A stretch of DNA of 64,000 nt from a virus: IMG/VR virus record IMGVR_UViG_3300025098_000014. The stretch is one strand, 5' to 3'. Below are positions 27,786-37,703 of the stretch, in pieces (position 1 is the stretch's first letter; each line of letters starts with the position of its first letter). The position numbers and the translations under genes were made by a program. The notes under the pieces were generated by a model that saw only the letters and a list, made by a program, of their open reading frames with translations, made no database searches and was not told where the DNA came from.

Positions 27786-28283
27786 TTAAACTGGCGTAAA
27801 CCATATCTGTAGACTATATCTAAAGTCATCAGAGTACGGAGAAACTGTGGTTACCATATGATCCTCGTTCTCTGCATTAAGAACCATCATATTATATGTG
27901 GGGTTAAGTGCTCTCAACTCTTCTCCATCATTCCATATAAAGATACCTCCCCAATTGATATCCCACTCTTTGTTTAAGTATATAGTACACCCATACCGAC
28001 CGTTATCGTCATGCATAGATATGCCAGAATTTTTATGCCAAACATAAAGTTGTACCTCAGCGTCATCATATGGTAGAACATATGGATCTATACATCTTAA
28101 CACAGAATGCCTAAGTTCTATAGGTAAGTTAGTCATGGTGACATTTCCTGTCACACCAACCTTTAACGAGTCATTCCAAAATAACTCACTAACAGCCCAA
28201 ACATTTTCTCCTAAAGAATCCTCAAGAAATTTTTCACAGTTAAGTAAAACTTCTTCAGTCAGCACCCCATATTTTATAATCAT
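27786..28283 (-). CDS. 2OG-Fe(II) oxygenase, prolyl-4-hydroxylase-like
   Basis: ISMHDD, TIYLN.EW...WGG, HMVT, RYSLQIW. Confidence 0.85.
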   Translation of the reverse strand: MIIKYGVLTEEVLLNCEKFLEDSLGENVWAVSELFWNDSLKVGVTGNVTMTNLPIELRHSVLRCIDPYVLPYDDAEVQLYVWHKNSGISMHDDNGRYGCTIYLNKEWDINWGGIFIWNDGEELRALNPTYNMMVLNAENEDHMVTTVSPYSDDFRYSLQIWFTPV

Positions 28284-28701
28284 AATAATCTTTTTTATAA
28301 TAACGACCCAAGATATTACTGTTGTAATACTTGGGGTCACCGTTTTCAAGAGATTCTGTTAGGACAGAATGGACAAATAATTGTTTGGTTTCTTCGTAGT
28401 TAACTTTACCCTTTGTTAATTGTAACGAAAGTATTTCTCGTCTGAAGGAACTATTTCCAAGTCCACGGCGGTCCTGATTAAGTTCGTCAGAACTTCCGTA
28501 GTATCTTTTCCAGTCGCTCTCACTTTTAACTCTCCTACCTCCACCTCTAGGCTTTCGTAGTTGGTAAAAGTATTTCCTACCGATGTATTGTCTACCTGAT
28601 TCAAGATTAGTAATCCGGTAGACAAAACCGACAAACTCACCAATGTTCTCAGATAAAAAAGGTTGTCCTTCAAAAATCCAGGGGTTTTCATAATCAACCA
28701 T
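28255..28701 (-). CDS. GIY-YIG nuclease-like conserved protein
   Basis: GFVYRITN..SGRQYIGRK, YYGSS, E, YYNSNI. Confidence 0.75.
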   Translation of the reverse strand: MVDYENPWIFEGQPFLSENIGEFVGFVYRITNLESGRQYIGRKYFYQLRKPRGGGRRVKSESDWKRYYGSSDELNQDRRGLGNSSFRREILSLQLTKGKVNYEETKQLFVHSVLTESLENGDPKYYNSNILGRYYKKDYYDYKIWGAD

Positions 28702-28736
28702 GATGTATTTAAACTATATTATATAGTTGTGGAATA

Positions 28737-30368
28737 TCAGACTCCTTTAACTAACATAGCACCACGCTTTTCACCAAACTTTTTCATTCTTTTTTGTCTG
28801 TCAGACAGTCCATCATTGGCGTAATCGCGGTATGTATTACCGTGACCATCAACAGCAGTTGCTTTTACACCAGCTTGTTCTGCGACAGATGAATCATTCA
28901 TAAACTCATCAATGATCTCAACAATCTGAGCACCAGTGAGTTGCATCATAATCTCTTCTGCTTCCTCTACACTCTCAATAAGGTTGTTCTCACTAAGAAA
29001 AGCAAGAATTACATCATAGTGGCTAACATCTTCAAAGTGAGGGTTTTTCTGACCCTTCACTTTTTCCATATCTTTACGAGCCTTCTCATTATTTTCCTGA
29101 CGCTTCTTCATATTAGTCTCAAGATACTCAGGATGGTCATCCACCTTCATCCCACGCTTCTTCTCAAGGCGTTCCTTTCTCTCCTTAGTACCCTTTTCAG
29201 AATCCTTATCCCGGATACCTTCTAACAATCCACCTTCCTTTACACAGTTAGGAACTTCCTTACCGTTCTTTTTCTTAGTACCCTTTGCCGTGTAACCGTC
29301 CCAGCAAGTAGAAGCACCAACATTCTTACGAGCTTTCTTCAAACTTTCAAAGAAATTGCCCTTAGACTCAATCTCTTCCTTCGTTACTTTCTTAGCCTTG
29401 TTAGCAGCAACAGCAGCACGATGTTGTGCAAGGGTTTTATAACGACCTACCTTTGTCTTATCATTGGCACCAGTGTAGGTACTAGCAGCAGACTTAGGAC
29501 CTTGACCTTCTTTACTACCACCAGCAATAGCTGCTCTACTTGTAATAGGACCAGTAGGTTTTGGCTTTGGTTTAGGTGTTGGACTAGGTGTAGGTGATGG
29601 AGTTGGTGTTGGGGAAGGTGTAGGACTTGGTGTGGGTGATGGTGTTGGACTTGGAGTAGGAGTAGGAGTTTTACCTGGATCTCCATAGACCTTACCTTTA
29701 GTCATTCCGATATGGTCAGGAACTGTAGGTTTAGTTTTTGTAGGAGGATCAATAGGAGCAGCACCCTTAGTTTTCAGTTCTGGTGGAACACCTTTACCAC
29801 CTTTGTTACGATAGTCTTGTGCTCTCATAACTTCTGGAGAAACAGATCTACTACTCTGAGGGTTTCCTGAGAAGAAATTGCCTGCGTTTCTCTTCACATC
29901 ACGAAGTTTCTGCATCAAATCAAATTCCACAATGATAGCTCTTGCCTGCCGCTTCTCTGCAGTGTCAAGATTCTCATTGATCCTAGGGTTAACTGCCTTT
30001 AATGCAGCACGAAACTCATACCCAACCACCTCAGGAGGAAATGCTTCTACAATATTATCAATAAGTCTAGAGTTCTCATATCCATCTTCGACCAGAATCT
30101 CTGCAATAGCAAAGTACTGTTCAGCAAATACAGGATTCATAGCCTGTAGTCTCTTCAGATAGAAGGACTCACATGTACACTTATCAGTTTTCTTCTTCTT
30201 ACTGCCAGGAGAATACTTACCTAACATTAAACGCTTGTTAGTTTCATCTTCAGTTTCTGCCGTCTCACCCTTAGAGGCATCCATGCGAGCTGCACCTTTT
30301 GGGTCAATCGCTTCAGAAGCAATCTGAGCATAAGAGTCCGCAAGTTTTTTAAGATCAGAGGAAAGCAT
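28737..30368 (-). CDS. late, probably virion/head-associated protein with Pro-Thr/Ser repeat
   Basis: TATAAATA upstream; PTPSPTP tract; CWDGY..KGTKKKNGKEVPNCVKE module; many (L/I/V)xE motifs. Confidence 0.7.
   Translation of the reverse strand: MLSSDLKKLADSYAQIASEAIDPKGAARMDASKGETAETEDETNKRLMLGKYSPGSKKKKTDKCTCESFYLKRLQAMNPVFAEQYFAIAEILVEDGYENSRLIDNIVEAFPPEVVGYEFRAALKAVNPRINENLDTAEKRQARAIIVEFDLMQKLRDVKRNAGNFFSGNPQSSRSVSPEVMRAQDYRNKGGKGVPPELKTKGAAPIDPPTKTKPTVPDHIGMTKGKVYGDPGKTPTPTPSPTPSPTPSPTPSPTPTPSPTPSPTPKPKPKPTGPITSRAAIAGGSKEGQGPKSAASTYTGANDKTKVGRYKTLAQHRAAVAANKAKKVTKEEIESKGNFFESLKKARKNVGASTCWDGYTAKGTKKKNGKEVPNCVKEGGLLEGIRDKDSEKGTKERKERLEKKRGMKVDDHPEYLETNMKKRQENNEKARKDMEKVKGQKNPHFEDVSHYDVILAFLSENNLIESVEEAEEIMMQLTGAQIVEIIDEFMNDSSVAEQAGVKATAVDGHGNTYRDYANDGLSDRQKRMKKFGEKRGAMLVKGV
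29560..29670 (-). repeat. coding low-complexity (PT/PS)n repeat
   Basis: TPTPTPSPTPSPTPSPTPSPTPTPSPTPSPTPKPKPKP with synonymous codon variation. Confidence 0.9.
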
Positions 30369-30394
30369 TTCTCTTCAACATATTCCAGTAGAAT

Positions 30395-30402
30395 TATTTA
30401 TA
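30395..30402 (-). promoter_or_regulatory. T4-type late promoter
   Basis: TATAAATA about 27 nt upstream of the 543-aa gene. Confidence 0.75.
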
Positions 30403-30407
30403 AGCAT

Positions 30408-30445
30408 AAAAAAAGAGGGTTACCTGACTGTGACCAGGACCCTCT
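30408..30445 (-). terminator. terminator after nrdB
   Basis: AGAGGGT-CCTGG...TCAGG-TAACCCTCT followed by a T tract. Confidence 0.75.
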
Positions 30446-30465
30446 GCGGCGACGATATACTGTAT

Positions 30466-31656
30466 TTATAGTTGGAACCCAGCAAAGGTATCCTTTTTCA
30501 CATCCTGCTTAATACCACCAACGATATAAGACTCAACCTCTGTCTCCTGAGGTGCTACCTGGAGACCCTTAGAGGATGTCCAATGCGTAGTCCAGGGCAG
30601 TGGGTTGTTCTTAGCAGCAATATCATAGATAGGATCAAGACCAATCGCTTTCATACGACGGTTAGCTACCCACTCAACATACTGGGATAAAAGTTTTTCA
30701 TTCAAACCAATCATAGATCCGTCTTTGAACAAATACTCTGCCCATTGCTTCTCTTGTCCGACAGCTTCCTTAAAGGTATCAATCAACCACGATTGTTCCT
30801 CTTTAGCAATCTGTTGCATGTCTGGGTCATCGCCCTTCTTCCAGTTGTTGAGGATGTTTTGAGTAATGACAAGATGGAGGTTTTCGTCTCTTGCGATGAG
30901 AGAGATAATTTTAGCGGATCCTTCCATAAGCTTGAGTTCACCAAACGCAAACGAGCAAGCGAACGAGACATAAAACCTGATGCCTTCGAGAATATTGACA
31001 TTGGCAACAGCGCGAAATAGTTTTCTCTTTAATTCATATCTAGTACTTCTAAAGGTTCCTGCACCTTCTTGAGCATGAATCCAATCATCAGTATTACCAT
31101 ACTGTTGGGCAGCATTGATAAACTCATCATAAGCATGTGTGATTGATCTAGCCCTTTCTAGAATCCTTTCATCATGAATGATAGTGTCAAAGATCTCTGA
31201 AGGATCACTATAAACATTTTTAATAATGTAAGTATAGGATCTACTATGAATCATCTCCATAAACTGCCAAGCATTCATACATGCTTCTAGTTCAGGAAGA
31301 GAACAGTACGGGCTGAATGCCATGCCAGGACCACGACCTTGAATAGAATCAAGCATGATCTGGTACTTCAGATTAGAAGTATAGATATGCTTTTGTTCTG
31401 GGCGAAGTAGTTGATAATCGCCCCGATCCTTCTGTAGAGAGACCTCTTCTGGTCTCCAGAAATATCCCAACTGCTGAGTCGTTAACCTATCAAAGACAGG
31501 ATACTTATAGGAATCATATCTTTGAACTCCAAGTGGAGCACCGAAAAACATTGGTTGTTTCATTGTACTATGATCACTCGTATTAAAAACTGTCATCCCA
31601 CGAACACTAGTTTTAGGCATGGGATCAGCGTTGATTTTAAATTGCACAGGCGTCAC
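30466..31656 (-). CDS. nrdB: ribonucleotide reductase class Ia beta subunit
   Basis: FWRPEEV, LDSIQGR, EMIHSRSY, LEGIRFYVSF, IARDENLH, VAPQETEVESY. Confidence 0.97.
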   Translation of the reverse strand: MTPVQFKINADPMPKTSVRGMTVFNTSDHSTMKQPMFFGAPLGVQRYDSYKYPVFDRLTTQQLGYFWRPEEVSLQKDRGDYQLLRPEQKHIYTSNLKYQIMLDSIQGRGPGMAFSPYCSLPELEACMNAWQFMEMIHSRSYTYIIKNVYSDPSEIFDTIIHDERILERARSITHAYDEFINAAQQYGNTDDWIHAQEGAGTFRSTRYELKRKLFRAVANVNILEGIRFYVSFACSFAFGELKLMEGSAKIISLIARDENLHLVITQNILNNWKKGDDPDMQQIAKEEQSWLIDTFKEAVGQEKQWAEYLFKDGSMIGLNEKLLSQYVEWVANRRMKAIGLDPIYDIAAKNNPLPWTTHWTSSKGLQVAPQETEVESYIVGGIKQDVKKDTFAGFQL

Positions 31657-33925
31657 ACTCGTCTTCTTTACTTAGGTTGGTTAGTAGGGTATTTAGATCT
31701 GGCGTTTCTTCTTCTATCTCATCATTTTTATTATCATAAGTGTTCTGATAATAGCTAGTCTTCCAACCGTACTTATATGTAGTAAGTAGATCATTTGCCA
31801 TCTGAGACACAGGAACTTCATTGTCAGGGTAGTTCTCTGGATTGTAACTCCAGTTACCAGATATAGCCTGATCAAAGAACTTTTGCATTACAGCAACGAT
31901 CTTAATGTAACCATCATTTGATGGCATATCCCAGAGAAGAGTGTAGTGACTCTTGTGAGTATTATACTGTGGAACGATTTGCTTGAGTGGTCCTTTTTTA
32001 GACTTCTTAACGGACAGGTATCCACGAGGAGGTTCAATTCCATTGGTTGCGTTTGACACAACGGAGCTGCTCTCTGAAGGCATTTGTGCGGACAGTGTTG
32101 AGTTCCTAAGACCGTTGGATACGATAGATTCTCTAAGACCTTCCCAATCATATTTCAGAGTATGAGGTACGATGCCGTCAACATCTTTCTTGTATGTATC
32201 AATTGGCAACATGCCAGTGGAATATTTAGTCCTATCAAAATATCCACAAGGTCCATACTCTTTAGCAAGTTGATTAGATGACTTCAATAAGTAATATTGA
32301 AACGCCTCTGTAAGGTCGTGTACCAGTTGATGTGCCGCAGGATCATCATATCCCACCTTATGCTTAGCCAGATAGTGTGCAAGACCGATATAACCTACAC
32401 CGAGAGACCTACGATTCTTAGTACCAATCTCAGCAGCCTTAACAGGATATCCTTGGAAGTCGATCAAGGCATCAAGTCCACGAACAGAAAGATCACAAAG
32501 TTCCTCTAGTTCATCTAGACTACGAAGTTTACCCACATTGATAGCAGAAAGAATGCACAGTGCAATCTCACCTTCACCATCAATATGTTGGAGAGGTTTA
32601 GTTGGAAGAGTAATTTCCTGACATAGATTACTCATTTCTACCTTATCCCTAAAGGATGAGTGAGAATTGCAATGATCAATGTTCATGATATAGATACGAC
32701 CAGTCTCTGCCCGTTCCTTAAGAAGACTTAAGAATAGCTCCTGAGCTGATACAGTTTGTCTCGGAATAGATCTATCTGATTCATAGTCCACATAGCGAGC
32801 GTCAAATGCATCAGTCCCAAAAGCATCATAGAGACCCGGCACATCGTGAGGACTGAAGAGTGTGATTTGCCCATTTGAAATAAACCTCTCATAAAAGAGT
32901 TTACTAAGTTGAATACTATAATCTAACTTACGGACACGATTGTCTTCAGTTCCCTTATTGTTCTTCAGAACAATTATGTCTTGGATTTCTTTGTGCCAGA
33001 TAGGAAAGTGAACTGTAGCAGAACCACCTCTGATGCCGTTCTGAGTGCAGCATCTGACAGTGCTCTCAAACTTTTTAAGGAAGGGGATAATGCCTGTGTG
33101 TTGTACCTCACCGCCTCTAATTTTAGAATTGATCCCACGAATTCTGCCTGCGTTAATACCAATACCAGCCCTTTGTGCGACATATTTACCAATAGCCATA
33201 TCGCTGCTAAAGATACTATCGAGGGAGTCATCAACATCAACGAGAACACAAGATGCAAATTGACGCAAGGGTGTTCTGACCCCTCCCATGATTGGCGTTG
33301 GGATGTTGACTTTGTGCTTGCTGATTGCTTCGTAGTATTTTCTGACATATTCTAGCCTAGTATCTTTGGGATATTCCGCAAAAATAGTAGCGGCAATCAT
33401 CAGGTACATGAATTGTGGAGTCTCGTAGACTTCACCACTACTGCGATCCTGGACTAGGTATTTATCTGCAACCTGTCGCAATCCAGCATAAGTGAATAAG
33501 AAATCGCGATCATGATCAATGAGCAAGTTTAGATCTTCCCATTCCTCAGAAGAATACTTAGAAATAATCTCAGCATCATAGACTCCACGGGCGACACAAT
33601 TATCAATATGTAATTGTAGAGATGGAGACTCATGCATACGACCCCATAGTTGCTTCCTGAGAGCGAACAGAAGGAGTCTTGCAGCAACGAATTGATAGTT
33701 GGGGTTATCTAGATCGATAAGGTCGGAAGCAGAGCGAATTAGAATCTCCTGAATTTCAACTGTTGTAACTCCATCATAAAATTGAATTCCAGAATTAATT
33801 TCAATTTGAGAGGCTGAAACACCAGCAAGATCTTTGCATGCCTCTTCTACCATTTTGTGCATCTTGTTTAGATCAAGAATCTCTAACGATCCTGATCTCT
33901 TACGAACCTTAGTCCCGTTTGTCAT
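31637..33925 (-). CDS. nrdA: ribonucleotide reductase class Ia alpha subunit (ATP cone), no intein
   Basis: PTPIMGG, ASCVL, SNLCQEI, ALCILSAIN, YYQNT, C-terminal CDAC. Confidence 0.98.
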   Translation of the reverse strand: MTNGTKVRKRSGSLEILDLNKMHKMVEEACKDLAGVSASQIEINSGIQFYDGVTTVEIQEILIRSASDLIDLDNPNYQFVAARLLLFALRKQLWGRMHESPSLQLHIDNCVARGVYDAEIISKYSSEEWEDLNLLIDHDRDFLFTYAGLRQVADKYLVQDRSSGEVYETPQFMYLMIAATIFAEYPKDTRLEYVRKYYEAISKHKVNIPTPIMGGVRTPLRQFASCVLVDVDDSLDSIFSSDMAIGKYVAQRAGIGINAGRIRGINSKIRGGEVQHTGIIPFLKKFESTVRCCTQNGIRGGSATVHFPIWHKEIQDIIVLKNNKGTEDNRVRKLDYSIQLSKLFYERFISNGQITLFSPHDVPGLYDAFGTDAFDARYVDYESDRSIPRQTVSAQELFLSLLKERAETGRIYIMNIDHCNSHSSFRDKVEMSNLCQEITLPTKPLQHIDGEGEIALCILSAINVGKLRSLDELEELCDLSVRGLDALIDFQGYPVKAAEIGTKNRRSLGVGYIGLAHYLAKHKVGYDDPAAHQLVHDLTEAFQYYLLKSSNQLAKEYGPCGYFDRTKYSTGMLPIDTYKKDVDGIVPHTLKYDWEGLRESIVSNGLRNSTLSAQMPSESSSVVSNATNGIEPPRGYLSVKKSKKGPLKQIVPQYNTHKSHYTLLWDMPSNDGYIKIVAVMQKFFDQAISGNWSYNPENYPDNEVPVSQMANDLLTTYKYGWKTSYYQNTYDNKNDEIEEETPDLNTLLTNLSKEDECDACAI

Positions 33926-34890
33926 ACCTTCTTCCACTCTGTGAATTTTACTTGTGCTTCAAGACCTGAGTATGTATGTGATTCTACCACATCATTTACA
34001 TTAATGCCACTCAATACCATATCGTTCAGGTCTTTTTCTTGGATACTGCTTGGCCAGATGACGACTTTCTCGCCTCTAGATATAGTTCTTCCGATGCGTC
34101 CAACAATCTCGCCATTACGGGGCTCGTTATCAAAAGTATAAACGCAATCGCCTCCCTCAAGACAACGAAGGTCACCGTCAGCGCCACACAAAGCCACGCT
34201 ATTGTTGAGGAAAGTGCTGTCAAAGGGTCCTTCGACCACATAGATTGGTAAGTTCTTATTGGTTGTGTCAAATCCATAAATTTTTGGTGCGTTGTCATCA
34301 AGCATTACAGTGATGTATTTAACCTTACTACGACCCAGAGCTCTGCCCTGGAATCCAATTAGGTTTTTATTATAAAACAAAGGAATTACGATCCTAGACT
34401 CTTCAAAAGATGTGCTTGCAAAAACTTTCTTATATGAATTAGCAAAGGTTTTAAACTTCTCTGCAAAATAGAATTTGGTGGGGTCGATTCCACGATTCTG
34501 TAAATAGGCTCTACCAACTTCCACCTCACTGCATAGAGGGAGAAGGATCTTGGATTGGAATACAGGTTTTTCAAAAACGAATGTAGGTTCATCAGTTGTA
34601 AATGTTTTACCAGTAAATCCACCTTTAAATTTTTCCATAACATACTTCTTATGCAGTGTCGTATCAATCTTCTTTAGAAGATTGTTAAGCGACATTGAAG
34701 CACCACAGTTATGGCACTTAAAATTAGTATTGTTTTTTACCGAATAGATGTACCCTCTAGCCTTATTCTTATACCGCTGAGAGTCGCCACATATAGGGCA
34801 ACGAAAGTTGTAAAGGTCTGCTTTGACCCTTTTAAATTTTTGAAGTCTAGCAGAAACTAGACCAATATACTTAGAATCTATTAGATCCAT
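33922..34890 (-). CDS. DNA primase (T4 gp61)
   Basis: NFRCPICGDS...CHNC Zn finger, FQGR, VVEGPFDS, DNEPRN, KDLNDM. Confidence 0.95.
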   Translation of the reverse strand: MDLIDSKYIGLVSARLQKFKRVKADLYNFRCPICGDSQRYKNKARGYIYSVKNNTNFKCHNCGASMSLNNLLKKIDTTLHKKYVMEKFKGGFTGKTFTTDEPTFVFEKPVFQSKILLPLCSEVEVGRAYLQNRGIDPTKFYFAEKFKTFANSYKKVFASTSFEESRIVIPLFYNKNLIGFQGRALGRSKVKYITVMLDDNAPKIYGFDTTNKNLPIYVVEGPFDSTFLNNSVALCGADGDLRCLEGGDCVYTFDNEPRNGEIVGRIGRTISRGEKVVIWPSSIQEKDLNDMVLSGINVNDVVESHTYSGLEAQVKFTEWKKV

Positions 34891-35275
34891 TAACCAGTCC
34901 AGTGCCTGGTGCTATCATACTGGTTTTTTGTGGCGATGTCAATCCCCTCATCAATGCTTGACCGGGAACGCTGACCAATAATGAGATCACAGCGAGACCA
35001 CCGAAGATGGACCACATTTTTTTCTCCATCATCCTGAGTCTGTCATCTACATGACGGATATCTCTCTCACATCCTTTCTTGATTGTGTCACATTCTTTGT
35101 TCAGATCCGCGTGAAGTCTATCTACTTTTTCAAATAGAATTCCATCAACTTCACCCTGTGTAGATAGTTTTTCGTTATGTACTGCAAGTAGTTGACCCAT
35201 CTTTACAGAATTATCCTGTAATGAATCAACTACTTTTTCCAATCTTTCTAGAATCGCTGAGTTAATGTCCGCCAT
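34871..35275 (-). CDS. conserved coiled-coil membrane protein
   Basis: LAVHNEKL, C-terminal TM helix. Confidence 0.7.
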   Translation of the reverse strand: MADINSAILERLEKVVDSLQDNSVKMGQLLAVHNEKLSTQGEVDGILFEKVDRLHADLNKECDTIKKGCERDIRHVDDRLRMMEKKMWSIFGGLAVISLLVSVPGQALMRGLTSPQKTSMIAPGTGLVNGSNRF

Positions 35276-35276
35276 A

Positions 35277-35837
35277 TTACTTAGTTAGATCTCTTCGGAA
35301 TTGTTGCTGACCATACCATGCTGTACCAGAAGGACCTTTCTGAGACCACCAACTAGGATGAGATTTTTTTGTACTCATCTGAGCTGAACGATTAATTGTG
35401 TCTAGTGCAGGATCATTCTGAACTTTTAATTTAACTGCACCTTTATTATCAGCTTTAGTTCCTACACCATGAAGTCCACCAGTAGCACGGCGACCATCAT
35501 TAGACGATGTAGAAGGAGAAGAATCAGATTTTGGAAGTCTGTCTTTAATAAACCTAGTCGCTGGTTGAACTACACTCCGATTTAGACGCTCACCAGCAGA
35601 CTTGATGCCGTCTTTAAACTCACCAAAACTCTTAAGTCGGATTCCTTCATCAACAGTCTCCTCTTTCATTGACCAACGCTTCCTAGCACCAGGCATACGA
35701 CCTCTTGCAAGTATAGTAGGTTTCTTTAATTTCTTATCATATCCAGCAACAGGACCGGCAGCGTCAGATTTGCTACTAAATCCCCCAGATTGACCCACAG
35801 CATTGCCAGTCATCATTTCATTTAAAGGATCGTCCAT
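35277..35837 (-). CDS. hypothetical, possibly head-associated protein
   Basis: LNEMM..., GPVAGYD motif. Confidence 0.65.
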   Translation of the reverse strand: MDDPLNEMMTGNAVGQSGGFSSKSDAAGPVAGYDKKLKKPTILARGRMPGARKRWSMKEETVDEGIRLKSFGEFKDGIKSAGERLNRSVVQPATRFIKDRLPKSDSSPSTSSNDGRRATGGLHGVGTKADNKGAVKLKVQNDPALDTINRSAQMSTKKSHPSWWSQKGPSGTAWYGQQQFRRDLTK

Positions 35838-36208
35838 TAGACTTCTCTAAGTTGCGTTAAACAATACTCATCATCAATAATATTATTTAGTTCCGTGCGA
35901 GGAAATTCAGGAACTCTTCCGAGGTATGTCAAAAAACTCTTAGTACAGGACCAAAGTTCTTTATCCAATTTAAAATATAAAAGGGGAACTCCAGCATCAC
36001 CAAAAACATTAAAAAGGACTATAAAGTGGTTTAGAATAAGATGAGTTCTCAACTCACCACTATTCTTATACCTCTTTAGTAGTCTTTTAATGTACTTAAT
36101 TCTTTTAAGATCATCATAGAAGTCATCCTCAGTAACTGCTTGAGGATTCTCATAATTCTTAATTGCAAAAAGGAGATAGTTGCTATCGTTCAATTCATGG
36201 AATTTCAT
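35837..36208 (-). CDS. conserved T4-like hypothetical protein
   Basis: FAIKNYENP...DDLKRIKYIKRLL...LILNH.IVLFNVFG. Confidence 0.8.
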   Translation of the reverse strand: MKFHELNDSNYLLFAIKNYENPQAVTEDDFYDDLKRIKYIKRLLKRYKNSGELRTHLILNHFIVLFNVFGDAGVPLLYFKLDKELWSCTKSFLTYLGRVPEFPRTELNNIIDDEYCLTQLREV

Positions 36209-36216
36209 TCACTCAA

Positions 36217-36720
36217 TTACTCATCTGTAGGATAAGCAATTCCGTTAGCACCAGTTTGAATACCAGAGGCAGCAACAAGAACTTCACTCTTGACTCTCAG
36301 ATTGCCATGCATATCCATGTAAGTGGTAACACCAACCCATCCATGATGAGCAACACCGTATTGACCAGCAGTATCTGTGGAAATACCGTAGACTAAAGAA
36401 TCTGCCTCATCTCTTTCTTCTTGATATACACTGTCCTTAACAGTGTACATTGGCAGTTCGCTGATACCATAAGCAGTAGCAGCAATACTAACTGCACTAA
36501 GTCCAGCAGTAGAATCGATGGTAAGAATTCGGTCACTGGTGATACCACTGATAACAGCGTCACCATAATATGTACCAACACCACCACGGGTTCCAACCCG
36601 AATTACTTGACCAACTTCAACATCGGTTGTAAAAGTGGTCCCCGTGCCAGTTACAGTATTACCACTAACTGCAACAGTACCAAAGGTTTGAATATTGTCG
36701 TTAAGACCCCAGAGAGCCAT
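36217..36720 (-). CDS. putative virion structural protein
   Basis: MALWG, TVTGTGTTFT, HHGWVG, RVKSEVLVA; late promoter upstream. Confidence 0.75.
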   Translation of the reverse strand: MALWGLNDNIQTFGTVAVSGNTVTGTGTTFTTDVEVGQVIRVGTRGGVGTYYGDAVISGITSDRILTIDSTAGLSAVSIAATAYGISELPMYTVKDSVYQEERDEADSLVYGISTDTAGQYGVAHHGWVGVTTYMDMHGNLRVKSEVLVAASGIQTGANGIAYPTDE

Positions 36721-36753
36721 GTTCTTACACCCGAACTACAGTTTTCATACAAT

Positions 36754-36761
36754 TATTTATA
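36754..36761 (-). promoter_or_regulatory. T4-type late promoter
   Basis: TATAAATA. Confidence 0.75.
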
Positions 36762-36763
36762 AC

Positions 36764-36967
36764 CTACGCATCCTCGCGGGTTTTGATAGCCTTGGTGACA
36801 ACTTCAAGAAGTTGATCATCCATATCAGTCTTGGTTAACTTAACCGCCTTAGCAAGAATAACAAGACAGATCTCAACCATCTTCTCACCCAGTTCTTCAT
36901 TCTCAGGAATTTTAGAAATGGCATCGGTGATGATTTTTGATGCTAATGGAAGTAAAAAAGCAAGCAT
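36764..36967 (-). CDS. conserved small protein
   Basis: MLAFLLPLA...LTKTDMDDQL. Confidence 0.75.
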   Translation of the reverse strand: MLAFLLPLASKIITDAISKIPENEELGEKMVEICLVILAKAVKLTKTDMDDQLLEVVTKAIKTREDA

Positions 36968-36998
36968 TATTAAAGAAGCGAACTTCTTTTATATAGGC

Positions 36999-37679
36999 TC
37001 AATCTTTTTCCTTTTTCTTCTTAGTATCCACGATTGCTTTATCACCATACTTAGCACGGATCTTTGCTTTCACAACATCCATGGCAGAAGGTCCATCAGA
37101 AGAACGCTTCTTCTTGCCAAAGGTATTAGGTTTACCTGGTGCCTTATTGTAACGGTTGTTGCCGTCAACTCCGCCACGCTCCATGCGACGGTCTCTCAAA
37201 GAATCTTCAGTTTCCTCAACATTCAATGTTTTAGGATAATCCTTATCACCTTTCTTAGCAGGTTTTTCGCCACGCTTACGCTTGGCATGGATATTATCCC
37301 AGAGACCTTTCTTACCTTCTTGAATGTCAGGGTTAATAGTTACTTTATTTTTTACAGACTTCTCGGTAATCTCTACTTCTTTTTCGTCTGAGTTGGTAGC
37401 TTTCTCAGACTTGTAGAGCTTTTTTTCAGTTAATTCTCCAACTTTTCCACGAAGAGAAACTTCAATCTCTTCCTTCTTTACTTTCTTAGCCTTGTCAGCA
37501 GCAATAGCAGCGCCAACATTTTTGCGACGATTTCTCAAATAAGAATCAGACTTATCAGAATCCCCATCATTGTCAATATCAGAATCTTCTTTACCGACAG
37601 GATCAAGTTTTTCCATAAAAACATTTGCCATGCTATTAAGCACGATCTGGTCGGCGCTATCTGCAATAAAATTTGTCAT
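36999..37679 (-). CDS. late, highly charged modular protein (putative head protein)
   Basis: LDPVGKEDSDIDNDGD, GLWDNIHAKRKRGEKPAKKG modules; TATAAATA at 37712-37719. Confidence 0.7.
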   Translation of the reverse strand: MTNFIADSADQIVLNSMANVFMEKLDPVGKEDSDIDNDGDSDKSDSYLRNRRKNVGAAIAADKAKKVKKEEIEVSLRGKVGELTEKKLYKSEKATNSDEKEVEITEKSVKNKVTINPDIQEGKKGLWDNIHAKRKRGEKPAKKGDKDYPKTLNVEETEDSLRDRRMERGGVDGNNRYNKAPGKPNTFGKKKRSSDGPSAMDVVKAKIRAKYGDKAIVDTKKKKEKD

Positions 37680-37703
37680 CGATCCTGAATACTCAGCGGT
37701 CTC

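Noticed and set aside
28255-28701. Mobile homing endonuclease
   Set aside because: Only a short stand-alone GIY-YIG domain with no DNA-binding extension; it looks like a conserved resident gene
29560-29670. CRISPR or DNA tandem array
   Set aside because: It is a degenerate coding repeat with no repeat-spacer structure; I saw no CRISPR array or cas gene in the window
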